A stretch of DNA of 64,000 nucleotides from Candidatus Falkowbacteria bacterium (GCA_016218485.1 JACRDY010000059.1:11529-75528), one strand, 5' to 3'. Positions 18,355-29,008 are shown, counted from the stretch's first letter. Notes: a model not told the origin generated them from the letters alone. Translations and numbers: made by a program.

Positions 18355-18429
18355 GGCCCCATCGTCTAACGGTTAGGACATCAGGTTTTCAACCTGGTAA
18401 CCCGGGTTCGACTCCCGGTGGGGTCACCA
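18355..18429 (+). tRNA. tRNA-Glu(TTC)
   Basis: GGCCCCA/TGGGGTC acceptor stem, TCAGG-TTTTCAA-CCTGG anticodon arm, GGTTCGACTCC T arm, encoded CCA. Confidence 0.96.
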
Positions 18430-18704
18430 ACCGATGAGCTGTTCGAGAGATGTTATAGGGTGACCTATAGCGGAGACCCGAACCTGTCCGCCGAAGTCCG
18501 CCGCGGCGGACGTAGGTGGATGGATTGAATATTTGGCTCGAAAGGGCAAACCAAGAAATCGCCGAAGGGCGGTTTTTTGATATAGCGTCGTACTAGAGGA
18601 TGATTTCTGTCCGTTGACAGGACTTTTTTATTTTTATTCAACACTATGCTATACTGCCCGCATCACCGGAGGGGGGCGACATATAATAATTAACATAAGA
18701 GTAT

Positions 18705-19769
18705 ATGCCAACGACGAAAGTCATGGCCGAGTATGTCTGGATGGATGGCCGGACGCCAACCGCCAAGCTGCGCTCAAAAACCAAAGTGATTGACGGGCCC
18801 ATTGGGCAGCTGTCGGATATCCCGCTGTGGGGTTTTGACGGCTCCAGCACCGAGCAGGCCGAGGGTCATTTTTCCGACTGCCTGCTGCAGCCGGTTTATT
18901 TTTTGCCTGATCCGGTGCGCGGGTTACCACATATTTTGGTTATGAGTGAGGTGCTGAACCCTGACGGTACGCCGCATCCGAGTAACACTCGGACGGTTTT
19001 ACGAAAGGTAACTGAACAGTACGCCGTCGCCGAGCCGCTGGCCGGCATTGAGCAGGAGTACACGTTGTACTACCAAGATCGTCCGGTCGGCTGGCCGGAG
19101 CGTGGGTTTCCGCACCCGCAGGGCCGCTACTACTGCGGCGTCGGCGCTGACGAAGTTTACGGCCGTGTTTTGGTTGAAGATCACATGAAGGCCTGTTTAG
19201 CCGCTGGCATTGCTCTGTCTGGGGTGAATGCCGAAGTCATGCCCGGTCAGTGGGAATTTCAGGTCGGCGCGTTGCCGCCGCTAGAATTGGCTGACCAACT
19301 GTGGCTGTCGCGCTGGCTCATCTACCGTCTGGGCGAAAATCATCAGTTCCATGTTAAGCTGGATCCCAAACCCATGCCGGGCGACTGGAATGGCGCCGGC
19401 GGACACACCAATTTTTCCACCAAAGCCATGCGTGAAGCAGGAGGCCTGCAGGCCATTGAAGCGGCTTGTCAGAAATTAGGCCAATTCCATAAGCAACATA
19501 TCGCTATTTATGGCGCGGACAATGACAAGCGTCTGACCGGCAAGCACGAGACGTGCGGTATCCGTGAGTTCCGCTTTGGCGTGTCGGATCGCGGCGCTTC
19601 CATCCGCATTCCGGCGGCGACCGCTAAGCAGCAACGCGGCTACCTGGAAGACCGCCGGCCGGCGGCAAATCTGGATCCGTACCAGATCCTGACGGCGCTT
19701 TTAGAGACGATCTGCGGCAGCGGTTTCGATCCCGCCAAGTATGGCTGGCAGCCGCAGGTGGTGATTTAA
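18705..19769 (+). CDS. glnA: Glutamine synthetase, short type II-like
   Basis: AEYVWMDG, WGFDGSST, PQGRYYCGVG, NAEVMPGQWEFQVG, DWNGAGGHTNFST, GYLEDRRPAAN. Confidence 0.93.
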   Translation: MPTTKVMAEYVWMDGRTPTAKLRSKTKVIDGPIGQLSDIPLWGFDGSSTEQAEGHFSDCLLQPVYFLPDPVRGLPHILVMSEVLNPDGTPHPSNTRTVLRKVTEQYAVAEPLAGIEQEYTLYYQDRPVGWPERGFPHPQGRYYCGVGADEVYGRVLVEDHMKACLAAGIALSGVNAEVMPGQWEFQVGALPPLELADQLWLSRWLIYRLGENHQFHVKLDPKPMPGDWNGAGGHTNFSTKAMREAGGLQAIEAACQKLGQFHKQHIAIYGADNDKRLTGKHETCGIREFRFGVSDRGASIRIPAATAKQQRGYLEDRRPAANLDPYQILTALLETICGSGFDPAKYGWQPQVVI

Positions 19770-19849
19770 CCTTCTCTTACTCTAAAACAAAAAATCGCCC
19801 TTCAGCTTACGCTCAGGGCGTTTTTTTTGTTTAATAAAAGAGGAGCACG

Positions 19850-20380
19850 TAGCCCGTTCCTCTCCAATCCATCAGAGAGGTCAGCCTGCCCCGCCCCGCA
19901 TTGTGCGGGGTGCGGGGCGAGGCAAGGGTGGAGGTTGCCGGAGTTTTTTAATCTCCTCCGAAGCGGGGCAGCACGTCTCCTCCCCTTGCGAGGTTCACCG
20001 AAGGTGACCGAAGTAAGGGGAGGGACAGGGTGGGGTTTTTATTGCTCTCACTCCCACCGTTATATCTAGTTCCACCGTTTGGGTGCTACCCCTCCGCGGG
20101 GGCTCGTTACTTTCTGCCTGCCCGCCACAACTTCGCAGATATTGGCGGGTAGCTTTGGCAGGCGGGTAACCAACTCCCACCCCCACCCATCAGGGCTTGA
20201 GCCCCTCAGGGCCGAAGGCCGCCCCCGTAAGCTTCCCCCGCACAATGCGGGGCAGGGGGAGACCCGCCCACTTCCACCCGCTCCGCGCCCACCCGCCGGT
20301 AGCCACTCCAGTACCCTGTCTGCTCCCTCGCGTCGCTCGGGGCAGTTGCCACCCCGAACCCCACCGGACTTATTTTGTTG
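19850..20380. repeat. Large cluster of GC-rich palindromic repeats between convergent glnA and typA
   Basis: Contains CCCCGCATTGTGCGGGG hairpins and the AAGGGGAGGGACAGGGTGGGG element. Confidence 0.75.
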
Positions 20381-20470
20381 GATGGTTGATGGTGGTTGAT
20401 TGTAAGAAGGTAAATAAAAACCGCCCCTCGGCTTATGCTCAAGGCGATTTTTTTATTTTCAAAATAAAAG

Positions 20471-22285
20471 TTACTGCCGCTGGCCCATAGTCTTGCGCCG
20501 TTCGTCCGCGGCGTTGAGGATTTTTTTGCGGAGGCGGATGCTCTGGGGGGTGATTTCCACCAGCTCATCGTCGCCGATATACTCCAGAGCATCTTCCAGT
20601 TCCATGATTTTTGGCGCGTCAAAGTGCTCGTCAGAGCCTTCACCCTTGGAGCGCATATTGGTCAGCTGTTTGCCTTTACAGACATTGACCACCAGATCTT
20701 TTTCTCTGGCGTGCTGGCCGACAACTTGGCCTTGGTAGACGACCACGCCGGGTCCGAAGAACAGGCGGCCGCGCTGTTGGGCGTTAAGCAGGCTGTAGAG
20801 CGCGGTGGTGCCTGATTCGTGCGCCACCAGGCTGCCGCGATCGCGCTCCGGCCAGGCGCCGGAGTCAGGTCGGTAATCGGCAAAAATACTATTGATGATG
20901 CCCAGACCCTTGGTGTCAATCATGAATTCGCCCTTGTAGCCGAAGAGGCCGTAGGTGGGGATGAGGAAGTGGAGGAAGGTGATGTTGTTTTCGGTGTGCA
21001 TATTTTGCAGTTGGGCGTGGCGCGCTGAGAGTTTGGCGATGACCGCGCCGCTGGAGACGTCCGGCACTTCAATATGCACGTCTTCCCACGGCACCAGCGT
21101 CTGGCCGTCCACCTCTTTGGTAATGACCTGGGGGCGGGAGACCTGGACTTCATAGCCGTCGCGCCGCATGCGCTCTAAGAGAATGGCCAAATGTAGCTCG
21201 CCGCGGCCGGAGACAGTCCAGCCGCCTTCGCCGCGCGGCTCCACGCGCAGCGCCATGTCGGTTTCCAGCTCTTTATTCAGCCGCTCATTGATCTGGCGCG
21301 AGGTGACGTATTTTCCTTCCGTTCCGGCCAGGGGTGAATCATTGACCAGAATGTTAATTTTGACCGTCGGCTCTTCAATATGCAATGTCGGCAGAGCCAT
21401 GGGGTTATCAATATCGGCCACGGTTTCGCCAATATCAATTTCGGGAATACCGGCAATGGCGGCAATGTCGCCGGCCAGGACTTCCGGCACTTCCACCCGG
21501 TCCAGCCCGACATAGGTCATCAAACTGCTCAAGCGGTAGGGAGTGATGACACCCTGGCGGTTGATCAGGTTGACGCGCTCGCCGGCGGTCAGTTTGCCGT
21601 TGTGGACACGACCGGTGGCGATGCGGCCTTTGAAGTCATTAGCGGTGATGGAAGTGGCCAAGAATTGCAGGGGCGCGGCCGCCTCGCCGGTCGGCGGCGG
21701 CACTTCTTTGAGAATGGTGGCAAACAGCGGGGTGATGTCTTTCATATCAGCGATGGTGGGGGTCAGTCCGGCGAGGCCTTGTTTGGCCGAGGCATAAACA
21801 ATAGGGAAGTCGGTCAGGTGGTCGCTGGCGCCCAGCTCAATAAACAGGTCAAAAGTTTTATTGAGCGCGTAGTCAGGCCGGGCGTCGGGTTTGTCAATTT
21901 TATTAATCACCACGATGACTCGGTGGCCCAGCTCCAGGGCTTTTTTCAGGACGAAGCGGGTCTGCGGCATGGGGCCTTCTTTGGCATCCACCAGCAGCAG
22001 GTAGCCGTCGGCCATCTTCAAGACACGCTCCACTTCGCCCCCAAAGTCGGCGTGACCCGGCGTGTCAATGATATTGATCTTGTGTCCCTGCCAGGTGATG
22101 GCGGCGTTTTTGGAAAAAATAGTAATACCGCGCTCGCGCTCCAGCTCGTTGGAGTCCATGATCAGTTCCGAACCGGCGTCCTTGTGTAATTTGGTATCAG
22201 ATTGGGTCAGCAAAGCATCCACCAGCGTGGTCTTGCCGTGGTCAACGTGAGCGATAATGGCGATATTACGGATGTCAGTTTTCAT
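20471..22285 (-). CDS. typA: Translational GTPase TypA/BipA
   Basis: [48 protein letters not shown]. Confidence 0.97.
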   Translation of the reverse strand: MKTDIRNIAIIAHVDHGKTTLVDALLTQSDTKLHKDAGSELIMDSNELERERGITIFSKNAAITWQGHKINIIDTPGHADFGGEVERVLKMADGYLLLVDAKEGPMPQTRFVLKKALELGHRVIVVINKIDKPDARPDYALNKTFDLFIELGASDHLTDFPIVYASAKQGLAGLTPTIADMKDITPLFATILKEVPPPTGEAAAPLQFLATSITANDFKGRIATGRVHNGKLTAGERVNLINRQGVITPYRLSSLMTYVGLDRVEVPEVLAGDIAAIAGIPEIDIGETVADIDNPMALPTLHIEEPTVKINILVNDSPLAGTEGKYVTSRQINERLNKELETDMALRVEPRGEGGWTVSGRGELHLAILLERMRRDGYEVQVSRPQVITKEVDGQTLVPWEDVHIEVPDVSSGAVIAKLSARHAQLQNMHTENNITFLHFLIPTYGLFGYKGEFMIDTKGLGIINSIFADYRPDSGAWPERDRGSLVAHESGTTALYSLLNAQQRGRLFFGPGVVVYQGQVVGQHAREKDLVVNVCKGKQLTNMRSKGEGSDEHFDAPKIMELEDALEYIGDDELVEITPQSIRLRKKILNAADERRKTMGQRQ

Positions 22286-22423
22286 AGCTCCTTATATTAC
22301 ATTTCTGAGTCTCGCCCGGCACCTTCGGCGATACAACATATATTTTTACCTAAAACGGAAGGCGCCAGCCGCTTTACCAAACATACCTTGTTTAAAACTC
22401 CTTGGCGGAATGGAAGGTGCGGG

Positions 22424-22472
22424 GTGGTCAACGTGAGCGATAATGGCGATGTTACGGATGTCAGTTTTCATA
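22424..22472 (-). repeat. 49-bp duplicate of the typA 5' end
   Basis: Matches 22238-22286 with one synonymous mismatch. Confidence 0.95.
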
Positions 22473-22476
22473 TTGA

Positions 22477-22720
22477 GTATCTAGTATCTAGTATCTGGTA
22501 TCTAGGGAAAAGTCACTGCTGTAAGTTAATTTTAGATATTCAACTTTAGATGCCGTCTATGAAAAAGCGCTGACGAGCAGCGTAGCCTTAAATCAGACGA
22601 GCAAAATATATCAGACTTTAGCAAAATAAGCAAGGTAAGTAGAGGAGGTGTCTCATAATCTAGGTGATTTTCCCAGATACCAGATACCAGATACCAGATA
22701 CTAGATACCAGATACTAAAT
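22477..22720. repeat. Inverted (GTATCT[A/G])n / ([C/T]AGATAC)n arrays in the divergent typA-dedA gap
   Basis: Arrays at 22477-22505 and 22673-22720. Confidence 0.85.
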
Positions 22721-22741
22721 ACGGTATACTGTAGGTAATTT

Positions 22742-23359
22742 ATGATCGCCGTTATCATTGACTGGCTGGCGCAGATTATTATCGCCGTTATTTCCTGGCT
22801 GGGGCATCCCGGCGTTTTTGTGCTGATGGCGCTGGAGAGCTGCGGTTTGCCTATTCCCTCGGAAATCATCATGCCGTTTGCCGGTTTTTTGGTCACGACC
22901 GGTCGATTATCGTTCTGGTTGGTGGTCGCCATGGGCGCGCTGGGCAATTTGGCCGGGTCGCTCTTGGCCTACTGGATTGGCTGGCGGGGCGGCCGTCCGC
23001 TGATTGAGCGCTACGGCAAGTATATTCTCTTGTCACATCGAGACTTGGATTTGGCGGAGCGCTGGTTTGGCCGCTATGGCGATGTGGTGGTGTTTTTCGG
23101 CCGGCTGTTGCCGGTGGTGCGCACCTATATTTCTTTTCCGGCCGGTCTGGCGCAGATGAATCTAAAAAAGTTCGCTTTTTACACCACCCTGGGCAGTCTG
23201 CCCTGGAGTCTGCTGTTTGCCGCTCTGGGAGTCAAGATGGGGGACAACTGGTCGGCGGTACGGCAGTGGCTGCACGATTTTGATCTGGCTATTGTCGGTT
23301 TGCTGGTTCTTTTGGTGGTACTGTTTATTTTTCGCCATCGTCGTCAGAGAGTCGGTTAA
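22742..23359 (+). CDS. DedA family membrane protein
   Basis: LMALESCGLPIPSEIIMPFAG, FFGRLLPVVRTYISFPAG. Confidence 0.93.
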   Translation: MIAVIIDWLAQIIIAVISWLGHPGVFVLMALESCGLPIPSEIIMPFAGFLVTTGRLSFWLVVAMGALGNLAGSLLAYWIGWRGGRPLIERYGKYILLSHRDLDLAERWFGRYGDVVVFFGRLLPVVRTYISFPAGLAQMNLKKFAFYTTLGSLPWSLLFAALGVKMGDNWSAVRQWLHDFDLAIVGLLVLLVVLFIFRHRRQRVG

Positions 23360-23403
23360 AGTATTTTTTCTGGGAAAATTGCCGTTGGCCCGGTTTTTTA
23401 TAA

Positions 23404-23429
23404 CACTTGGATCGGAGGGCGGCGACGCC
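23404..23429 (+). repeat. 26-bp direct repeat (left of purL), terminator-like
   Basis: CACTTGGATCGGAGGGCGGCGACGCC, identical to 27445-27470. Confidence 0.9.
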
Positions 23430-23590
23430 TTTTTGGTTGCCTTTTTGGTTGACTTTACCCCGTAAAATTGGTTAGATACCTGTGGAGGGCGATCTTTGAT
23501 ATCAGCCGTTTTTAGGCTACAGCAGAAGAAACCGTATTCAGGTCAAACGACCTGTCACCAATTCACCAGACAGCGAAAGAAGGAGGCAGC

Positions 23591-26500
23591 ATGATACGGC
23601 GATTCTACCGACGTGAGCGAGCGGGATTTGAGTGGTGTTTTTATGTGGCGCTGTCCGCGGTACTGACGGCGGCGCAGGAAGAAGCGCTGCGTTGGCTGTT
23701 GGCGGAGACCTTTGCTCCCGGAGAGTTTGGCGAGCAGTCGCTCCTGACAGGCGAGTTTGAGGGGCCGGGGCGGATCGTGGAGATTGGTCCGCGGCTCAAC
23801 TTTGAGACTCCCTGGTCCAGTAACGCGGTGGCTATCTGCCACAATTGCGGACTGCACCAGGTGATCCGCTTGGAACGTTCCCGGCGGTATCTATTGCCGG
23901 CGGCGGTGGACGTGACGGCTTTCGTAGGAGGGCACCATGACCGGATGACCGAGATGGTCTACCGGCAGCCGCTGGACAGCTTGGTGATTGACCTGCAGCC
24001 GCAGTCGGTGCGGATCATTCACGTGCTGGAGCACGGGCGCGCCGCTCTGCGACAGATCAGCCAGGAGCTGGGTCTGGGATTTGACGAGCAGGACGTGGAA
24101 TACTACCACTACCTGTTTGTTGAATTGATGGGACGCGATCCCACCGACGTGGAACTGTTCCAACTGGCGCAGATGAACAGCGAACACTGCCGCCATTGGT
24201 TCTTCAAGGGGCGGCACATCATCAACGGGCAGGAGAAGCCCGGGACACTCTTGGATCTGATTCGTTCAACCTGGCAGGCCAATTCGGGTAATAGCGTTAT
24301 CGCCTTTAGCGATAACTCTAGCGCCATTCGGGCGCTGGCGGCGGTGGATACACTATTACCGCGACATGCCGGGCAGCCTTCAGCGATGCAGTTGTTGTCG
24401 TGGTGGTTACACGCGGTGCTCACAGCCGAGACGCACAACTTCCCGTCCGGCGTGGCGCCGGTTCCCGGCGCCGAAACCGGTACCGGCGGACGTCTGCGTG
24501 ATAACCACGCCACGGGTCGGGGCGCTTTTAGCTGCGCCAGTACGGCCGGGTTCATTACCGACAATCTGCATCTGCCGGGGTATCGTATTCCCGGTGAGCC
24601 GGATCATGACGTGGCGCATCCCACGACACTTGCTTCACCCTTGGAGCAGCAGATGGGAATGCCCAGAGGCGCCTTTGACTACGGCAACAAGTACGGTGAG
24701 CCTAATGTCGGAGGGTTTGCGCGGACGTTTGGTCTCTTTTTTCCTGACGGTGAACGTCGCGGAGCCTTCAAGCCCACGATGTTTACCGGTGGCCTGGGTT
24801 GGTTGCCTGATCAACAGACGAAGAAGGCGCCTCCGGCTCCGGGTATGCTGATCATCGGCATTGGCGGTCGGGCTTTCCGGATCGGACTCGGCGGCGGGTC
24901 GGCTTCCAGCATGACGCAGGGGGACAATCGCGCGGATCTAGACTTCAACGCGGTACAGCGCGGTGACCCGGAAACGAAACAGTGCGTCTGGCGCCTCATT
25001 CGCGCCTGTGTTGAGATGGGTATAGACAATCCCATTTTGAACATTCACGATCAAGGGGCCGGTGGTCCCTGCAACGTGCTGACCGAGCTGATGGAACCGG
25101 CCGGTGGCCGGATTGACATTCGTCAGATCAAGCTCGGCGATCAGACGCTGTCGGTATTGGAGATCTGGGGTGCGGAATATCAGGAGCGATACGGCTTGCT
25201 GATTGACCCCAAAAATCTCGCTCTCTTTCAGGCGATTTGCGAGCGTGAGAAAGTTTCCTGTGAAGTACTCGGTGAGGTCACCGGTGACGGTCGGGTGGTA
25301 GTCTATGACTCGCAGACCGAAACAACGCCGGTGAATCTTGATTTGCGGCAAGCCTTGACGCAGACGCCGCAAAAAACGTTTAAGGACGAGACTAGGCCGC
25401 TGCGGTTGGAGCCGCTGCGGATTCCTCCTGACTTGACGGTACGTGAGGCGTTGCGTTCGGTCTGGCAGCTCGTGGCAGTCGGTTCCAAAGAGTGGTTGAC
25501 GCATCAGGTTGACCACTCGGTCGGCGGACTAGTGGCGCGGGCGCAAGCCTGTGGTCCTCTTGGTTTGCCGGTGGCGGATAGCGCCGTGTTGGCGGCTAGT
25601 CACTTCGGTCTGACGGGGATGGCCACGGCGATCGGCGAACAGCCGGTCAAAGGGTTGATTTCTCCGGCAGCGGGCGGCCGTATGGCCGTGGCGGAAGCTT
25701 TGCTTAACTTGGCCGGAGCGCTCATTTCCGGCATCCGTGACATCAAAGCGTCGGTCAACTGGATGTGGCCGGCGAAATTCCCCGGTGAGGCTGACCGTCT
25801 CTGGCAAGCGGCCGAGGCGCTGACGACACTGATGAAGCAGATCGGCATGGCGGCTGACGGCGGCAAGGACAGTCTGTCCATGGCGGCCAGGCTGGATGAC
25901 GGTACGCTCGTCAAGTGTCTGGGCCAAGTGGTGGTGTCCGCCTACGTGACGGTAGCGGATATCAGGCAGGTGGTGACGCCGGACCTTAAGCCGGGCGACA
26001 GTCGGTTGGCGCTCTTGGAAGTGTCACCCGGTAAACAGCGGCTCGGCGGTACGGCTCTGGCGCAAGCGCTCGGGCAACTGGGCGATGACGCGCCCGACGT
26101 AGACAATCCGCTGCTGCTGGCCCAGAGCTTTCAGTTCGTCCAAGAATTGATCCGTCGCAATCTGTTGCTAGCCTGTCATGATGTCAGTGATGGCGGCCTC
26201 ATTACCGCTGTGGCGGAGATGGTCATGGCGGGGCAGCGTGGCTGCAGCCTGCAGCTCTCTGGGCAGCAGGGCGTATTCGCCCAGCTGTTCAATGAGGAGC
26301 CGCAGCTGGTGCTGCAGATGGCGGAAACGGACTATGCCGAGGTTCAATCGTTGGCCTTGGTTTACAACGTAGCGCTGACGTCAATCGGTCACACCGTAGC
26401 GGCGCCACGATTGTTCGTCACTTTTGAGGGAGAGACTGTGCTCTACGAGAGTTTGTCTGAATTACTGCGCCGGTGGCGGAAAACCAGCGATCGGCTGGAA

Positions 26501-27409
26501 GCTGAAAATATCGGTGAGGAGCTGGCGGCTCAACAGTCGCAGCATTGCGGTCAGCCTCCGTCATATCAATTAACCTTCACGCCGGAGCCGACTCTGCCAT
26601 TGTGGCTTCAGGGCAATCAGCCCAGAGTCGCGGTTATCCGTGAGGAAGGCAGTAATGGTGATCGGGAAATGGCCGCCGCGTTCCATCTGGCAGGTTTTGA
26701 GACTTGGGACCTGACCATGACTGACCTCTTGGCGAGGCGGGTGACACTGGATCAGTTCCGCGGTGTTGTCTTTGTCGGCGGGTTCTCTTACGCCGACGTT
26801 CTGGACAGCGCCAAGGGCTGGGCCGGGGTTATCCGTTTCAATCCCCAGCTGCGGGAGATGTTCGATCGGTTCTACGACCGGCCGGACACGTTCTCGCTCG
26901 GCGTCTGCAATGGTTGCCAGCTGATGGCGTTGTTGGGTTGGGTGCCCTGGAAAGGATTGCCCGATGTCCAGCAGCCGCGGTTTATCCATAACCGCTCCGG
27001 CCGGTTTGAGTCACGGTTGGTCACGGTCGGCATCGACCCCAGTCCGGCCATGATGCTGCAGGGTATGGCCGGGTCGCGTCTGGGCGTCTGGGTGGCTCAC
27101 GGTGAAGGACGGTTGCACTGTCCTGATCCTACGTTACTCGCCGACATCACGGCGCGACATCTCACGCCACTGCTGTATTGTGATCACCAGGGTACGGCGA
27201 CGGAGACCTACCCGTTCAATCCCAACGGTTCGCCGATGGGTATTGCCGGGCTGTGTTCTGCCGACGGCCGCCATCTGGCGGTTATGCCGCACCCGGAACG
27301 GATGTTCCAGTTGTGGCAGTGGCCGTATCTGCCGCCGGAGTGGCAGGGACTGCCAGCCTCGCCCTGGCTCCAGATGTTTCAGAATGCTCGCCGCTGGTGC
27401 GGCGAGTAG
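23591..27409 (+). CDS. purL: Phosphoribosylformylglycinamidine synthase, large fused type
   Basis: QMNSEHCRHWFF, ETHNFP, IHDQGAGG, DGGKDSLSM, GVCNGCQ, MPHPER. Confidence 0.96.
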   Translation: MIRRFYRRERAGFEWCFYVALSAVLTAAQEEALRWLLAETFAPGEFGEQSLLTGEFEGPGRIVEIGPRLNFETPWSSNAVAICHNCGLHQVIRLERSRRYLLPAAVDVTAFVGGHHDRMTEMVYRQPLDSLVIDLQPQSVRIIHVLEHGRAALRQISQELGLGFDEQDVEYYHYLFVELMGRDPTDVELFQLAQMNSEHCRHWFFKGRHIINGQEKPGTLLDLIRSTWQANSGNSVIAFSDNSSAIRALAAVDTLLPRHAGQPSAMQLLSWWLHAVLTAETHNFPSGVAPVPGAETGTGGRLRDNHATGRGAFSCASTAGFITDNLHLPGYRIPGEPDHDVAHPTTLASPLEQQMGMPRGAFDYGNKYGEPNVGGFARTFGLFFPDGERRGAFKPTMFTGGLGWLPDQQTKKAPPAPGMLIIGIGGRAFRIGLGGGSASSMTQGDNRADLDFNAVQRGDPETKQCVWRLIRACVEMGIDNPILNIHDQGAGGPCNVLTELMEPAGGRIDIRQIKLGDQTLSVLEIWGAEYQERYGLLIDPKNLALFQAICEREKVSCEVLGEVTGDGRVVVYDSQTETTPVNLDLRQALTQTPQKTFKDETRPLRLEPLRIPPDLTVREALRSVWQLVAVGSKEWLTHQVDHSVGGLVARAQACGPLGLPVADSAVLAASHFGLTGMATAIGEQPVKGLISPAAGGRMAVAEALLNLAGALISGIRDIKASVNWMWPAKFPGEADRLWQAAEALTTLMKQIGMAADGGKDSLSMAARLDDGTLVKCLGQVVVSAYVTVADIRQVVTPDLKPGDSRLALLEVSPGKQRLGGTALAQALGQLGDDAPDVDNPLLLAQSFQFVQELIRRNLLLACHDVSDGGLITAVAEMVMAGQRGCSLQLSGQQGVFAQLFNEEPQLVLQMAETDYAEVQSLALVYNVALTSIGHTVAAPRLFVTFEGETVLYESLSELLRRWRKTSDRLEAENIGEELAAQQSQHCGQPPSYQLTFTPEPTLPLWLQGNQPRVAVIREEGSNGDREMAAAFHLAGFETWDLTMTDLLARRVTLDQFRGVVFVGGFSYADVLDSAKGWAGVIRFNPQLREMFDRFYDRPDTFSLGVCNGCQLMALLGWVPWKGLPDVQQPRFIHNRSGRFESRLVTVGIDPSPAMMLQGMAGSRLGVWVAHGEGRLHCPDPTLLADITARHLTPLLYCDHQGTATETYPFNPNGSPMGIAGLCSADGRHLAVMPHPERMFQLWQWPYLPPEWQGLPASPWLQMFQNARRWCGE

Positions 27410-27444
27410 ACGAATACCACATTCACCTGCTAAGTGCTTCATAG

Positions 27445-27470
27445 CACTTGGATCGGAGGGCGGCGACGCC
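27445..27470 (+). terminator. 26-bp direct repeat (right of purL), part of an intrinsic terminator
   Basis: AGGGCG-GCGA-CGCCCT hairpin followed by a T-rich tract. Confidence 0.8.
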
Positions 27471-27553
27471 CTTCTTTATTTTTTTATTCAACATTTTGGT
27501 TGCAAAAAATTCCCATTATTGTTAAGGTGGAGGCATCATTATTCCCCGTATAT

Positions 27554-28735
27554 ATGGGCAATCAGCTTATTTTTAGCAAAAATAAGGGTATTACATTGGC
27601 GCTAATCGTCGCCGCGGCGCTTTTTATTATATTAGGCGCGCCGGGATTGGTGCGGCCGGAGCAACAGCCGCTCGTTCGTTTGGCTGTGGCCGTAGGAGGG
27701 CTCTGCGGTAACGGATCGCTGGATGGAGGCGAACAGTGTGACGATGGCAATGCCACTGACGGTGACGGCTGTTCCGCTCTCTGCACGGTGGAGATCATTC
27801 CGCGGCGGGATCTGGCGCCGCGGCTGGCTATTACCAAATCAGCGGATTGGGTCAGTACCGCTCCCGGCGACCGGGTGATGTATACGGTGGAGCTGACCAA
27901 TACCGGCAGTGACGCCTGTAATAATGTCATTGTGATTGATCTCCTGCCCGACAGTTTCAGTTTTGCCGATGATGGAGAAGACATTCGGCTTTGGCAATGG
28001 GAGAGTCTGCGGGCCGGTGGCACGATTCATCTGGAGTATGCGGTGACTGTTGCCGCTGACGCGGCTGCCGGTCTATATACCAATACGGTGACAGCTCAGT
28101 GCAACCGTCTGGAGCCGATCAGCACGAGTGCAGAGGTGATTGTCATACCGCTGCTGATTGCGCCCGCGCCAGCTGAACCGATGGCTCCGTCGCCGGATAT
28201 CCTGCCGAGCGCTTCGCGTAATACGGGGCAGGGTGTGGAGCCATCAGTGGTACCGGTGAATGGATCGTTTGAGTCAGGGGTGACTGGAGAACAGACAGTA
28301 TTTCCTCCGACGATTGTTTACTATACTCCGCCGACGCCCGCAGTGCAGGTGCTGGGGCAAGAGGCTGCAGAGGAGCCGGTGGTGACGCCGGTTATTCCTG
28401 CTGGGCCGACCTGTGTTGCCTGCCGCGGTATTAAACTATTACTGTTGCTGGTGCTGATAGTCTCGCTGGGGTATGGCTATTTTTGGTTCTGGCGGCTGTT
28501 TGATGCTCGGCGCCGGTGGCTGGTTAGTCTGCTCGGATTGCTGGTGCCGATTGCCGCGTCGGTTAGCTTGGTGCTGGCCAAGGCTTGCTTGGATTCTCGG
28601 TACGTTGTTTTGACGACCGGCAATACGGTTCTCTGTAAATATTTTTTCTTTGCGGCGCTGGGTGTCTACCTGGGTGGTTTGCTAGTAACCTATTGGGTGG
28701 CGCCTCGGCCGAGCGATTTACCCGATGTACAATAA
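27554..28735 (+). CDS. Membrane protein with a Myxococcus-type Cys-rich repeat and a DUF11-like Ig domain
   Basis: CGNGSLDGGEQCDDGNATDGDGCSALC, LAITKSAD...PGDRVMYTVELTN, Pro-rich linker, C-terminal TM helices. Confidence 0.8.
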   Translation: MGNQLIFSKNKGITLALIVAAALFIILGAPGLVRPEQQPLVRLAVAVGGLCGNGSLDGGEQCDDGNATDGDGCSALCTVEIIPRRDLAPRLAITKSADWVSTAPGDRVMYTVELTNTGSDACNNVIVIDLLPDSFSFADDGEDIRLWQWESLRAGGTIHLEYAVTVAADAAAGLYTNTVTAQCNRLEPISTSAEVIVIPLLIAPAPAEPMAPSPDILPSASRNTGQGVEPSVVPVNGSFESGVTGEQTVFPPTIVYYTPPTPAVQVLGQEAAEEPVVTPVIPAGPTCVACRGIKLLLLLVLIVSLGYGYFWFWRLFDARRRWLVSLLGLLVPIAASVSLVLAKACLDSRYVVLTTGNTVLCKYFFFAALGVYLGGLLVTYWVAPRPSDLPDVQ

Positions 28736-28770
28736 GTTCAAAGATTGAATTGGTGGTAGCATTCATCTTT

Positions 28771-28831
28771 ATCCAGCACCTTTCAGAATACCCCGTCAGT
28801 TTGCTGCGGGGTATTCTGAAAGGTGCTGGAT
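28771..28831. repeat. ATCCAGCACCTT family palindromic element
   Basis: Near-perfect 61-bp hairpin. Confidence 0.85.
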
Positions 28832-28884
28832 TTATTTCAAAAGTCGCCCGATCGGGCGATTTTTGGGTATTGTGGGTATTTGTT

Positions 28885-28912
28885 GTAGAGACGCAATGCA
28901 TTGCGTCTCTAC
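28885..28912. repeat. GTAG-type REP palindrome
   Basis: GTAGAGACGCAATGCATTGCGTCTCTAC is a perfect 28-bp palindrome. Confidence 0.8.
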
Positions 28913-29008
28913 CAGACCCACCCCTGGACGCGTACATTTTTTTTGACAATTTATGATTATTGTAAGCTTTCAATTATCCATTGAGATAAAACAACAGGAG
29001 GTCAAGTC

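Noticed and set aside
18432-18580. Glutamine, glycine or c-di-GMP riboswitch upstream of glnA
   Set aside because: Only isolated words match (GAGAGA, GGCAAACC), and a separate promoter-like motif lies between this segment and glnA.
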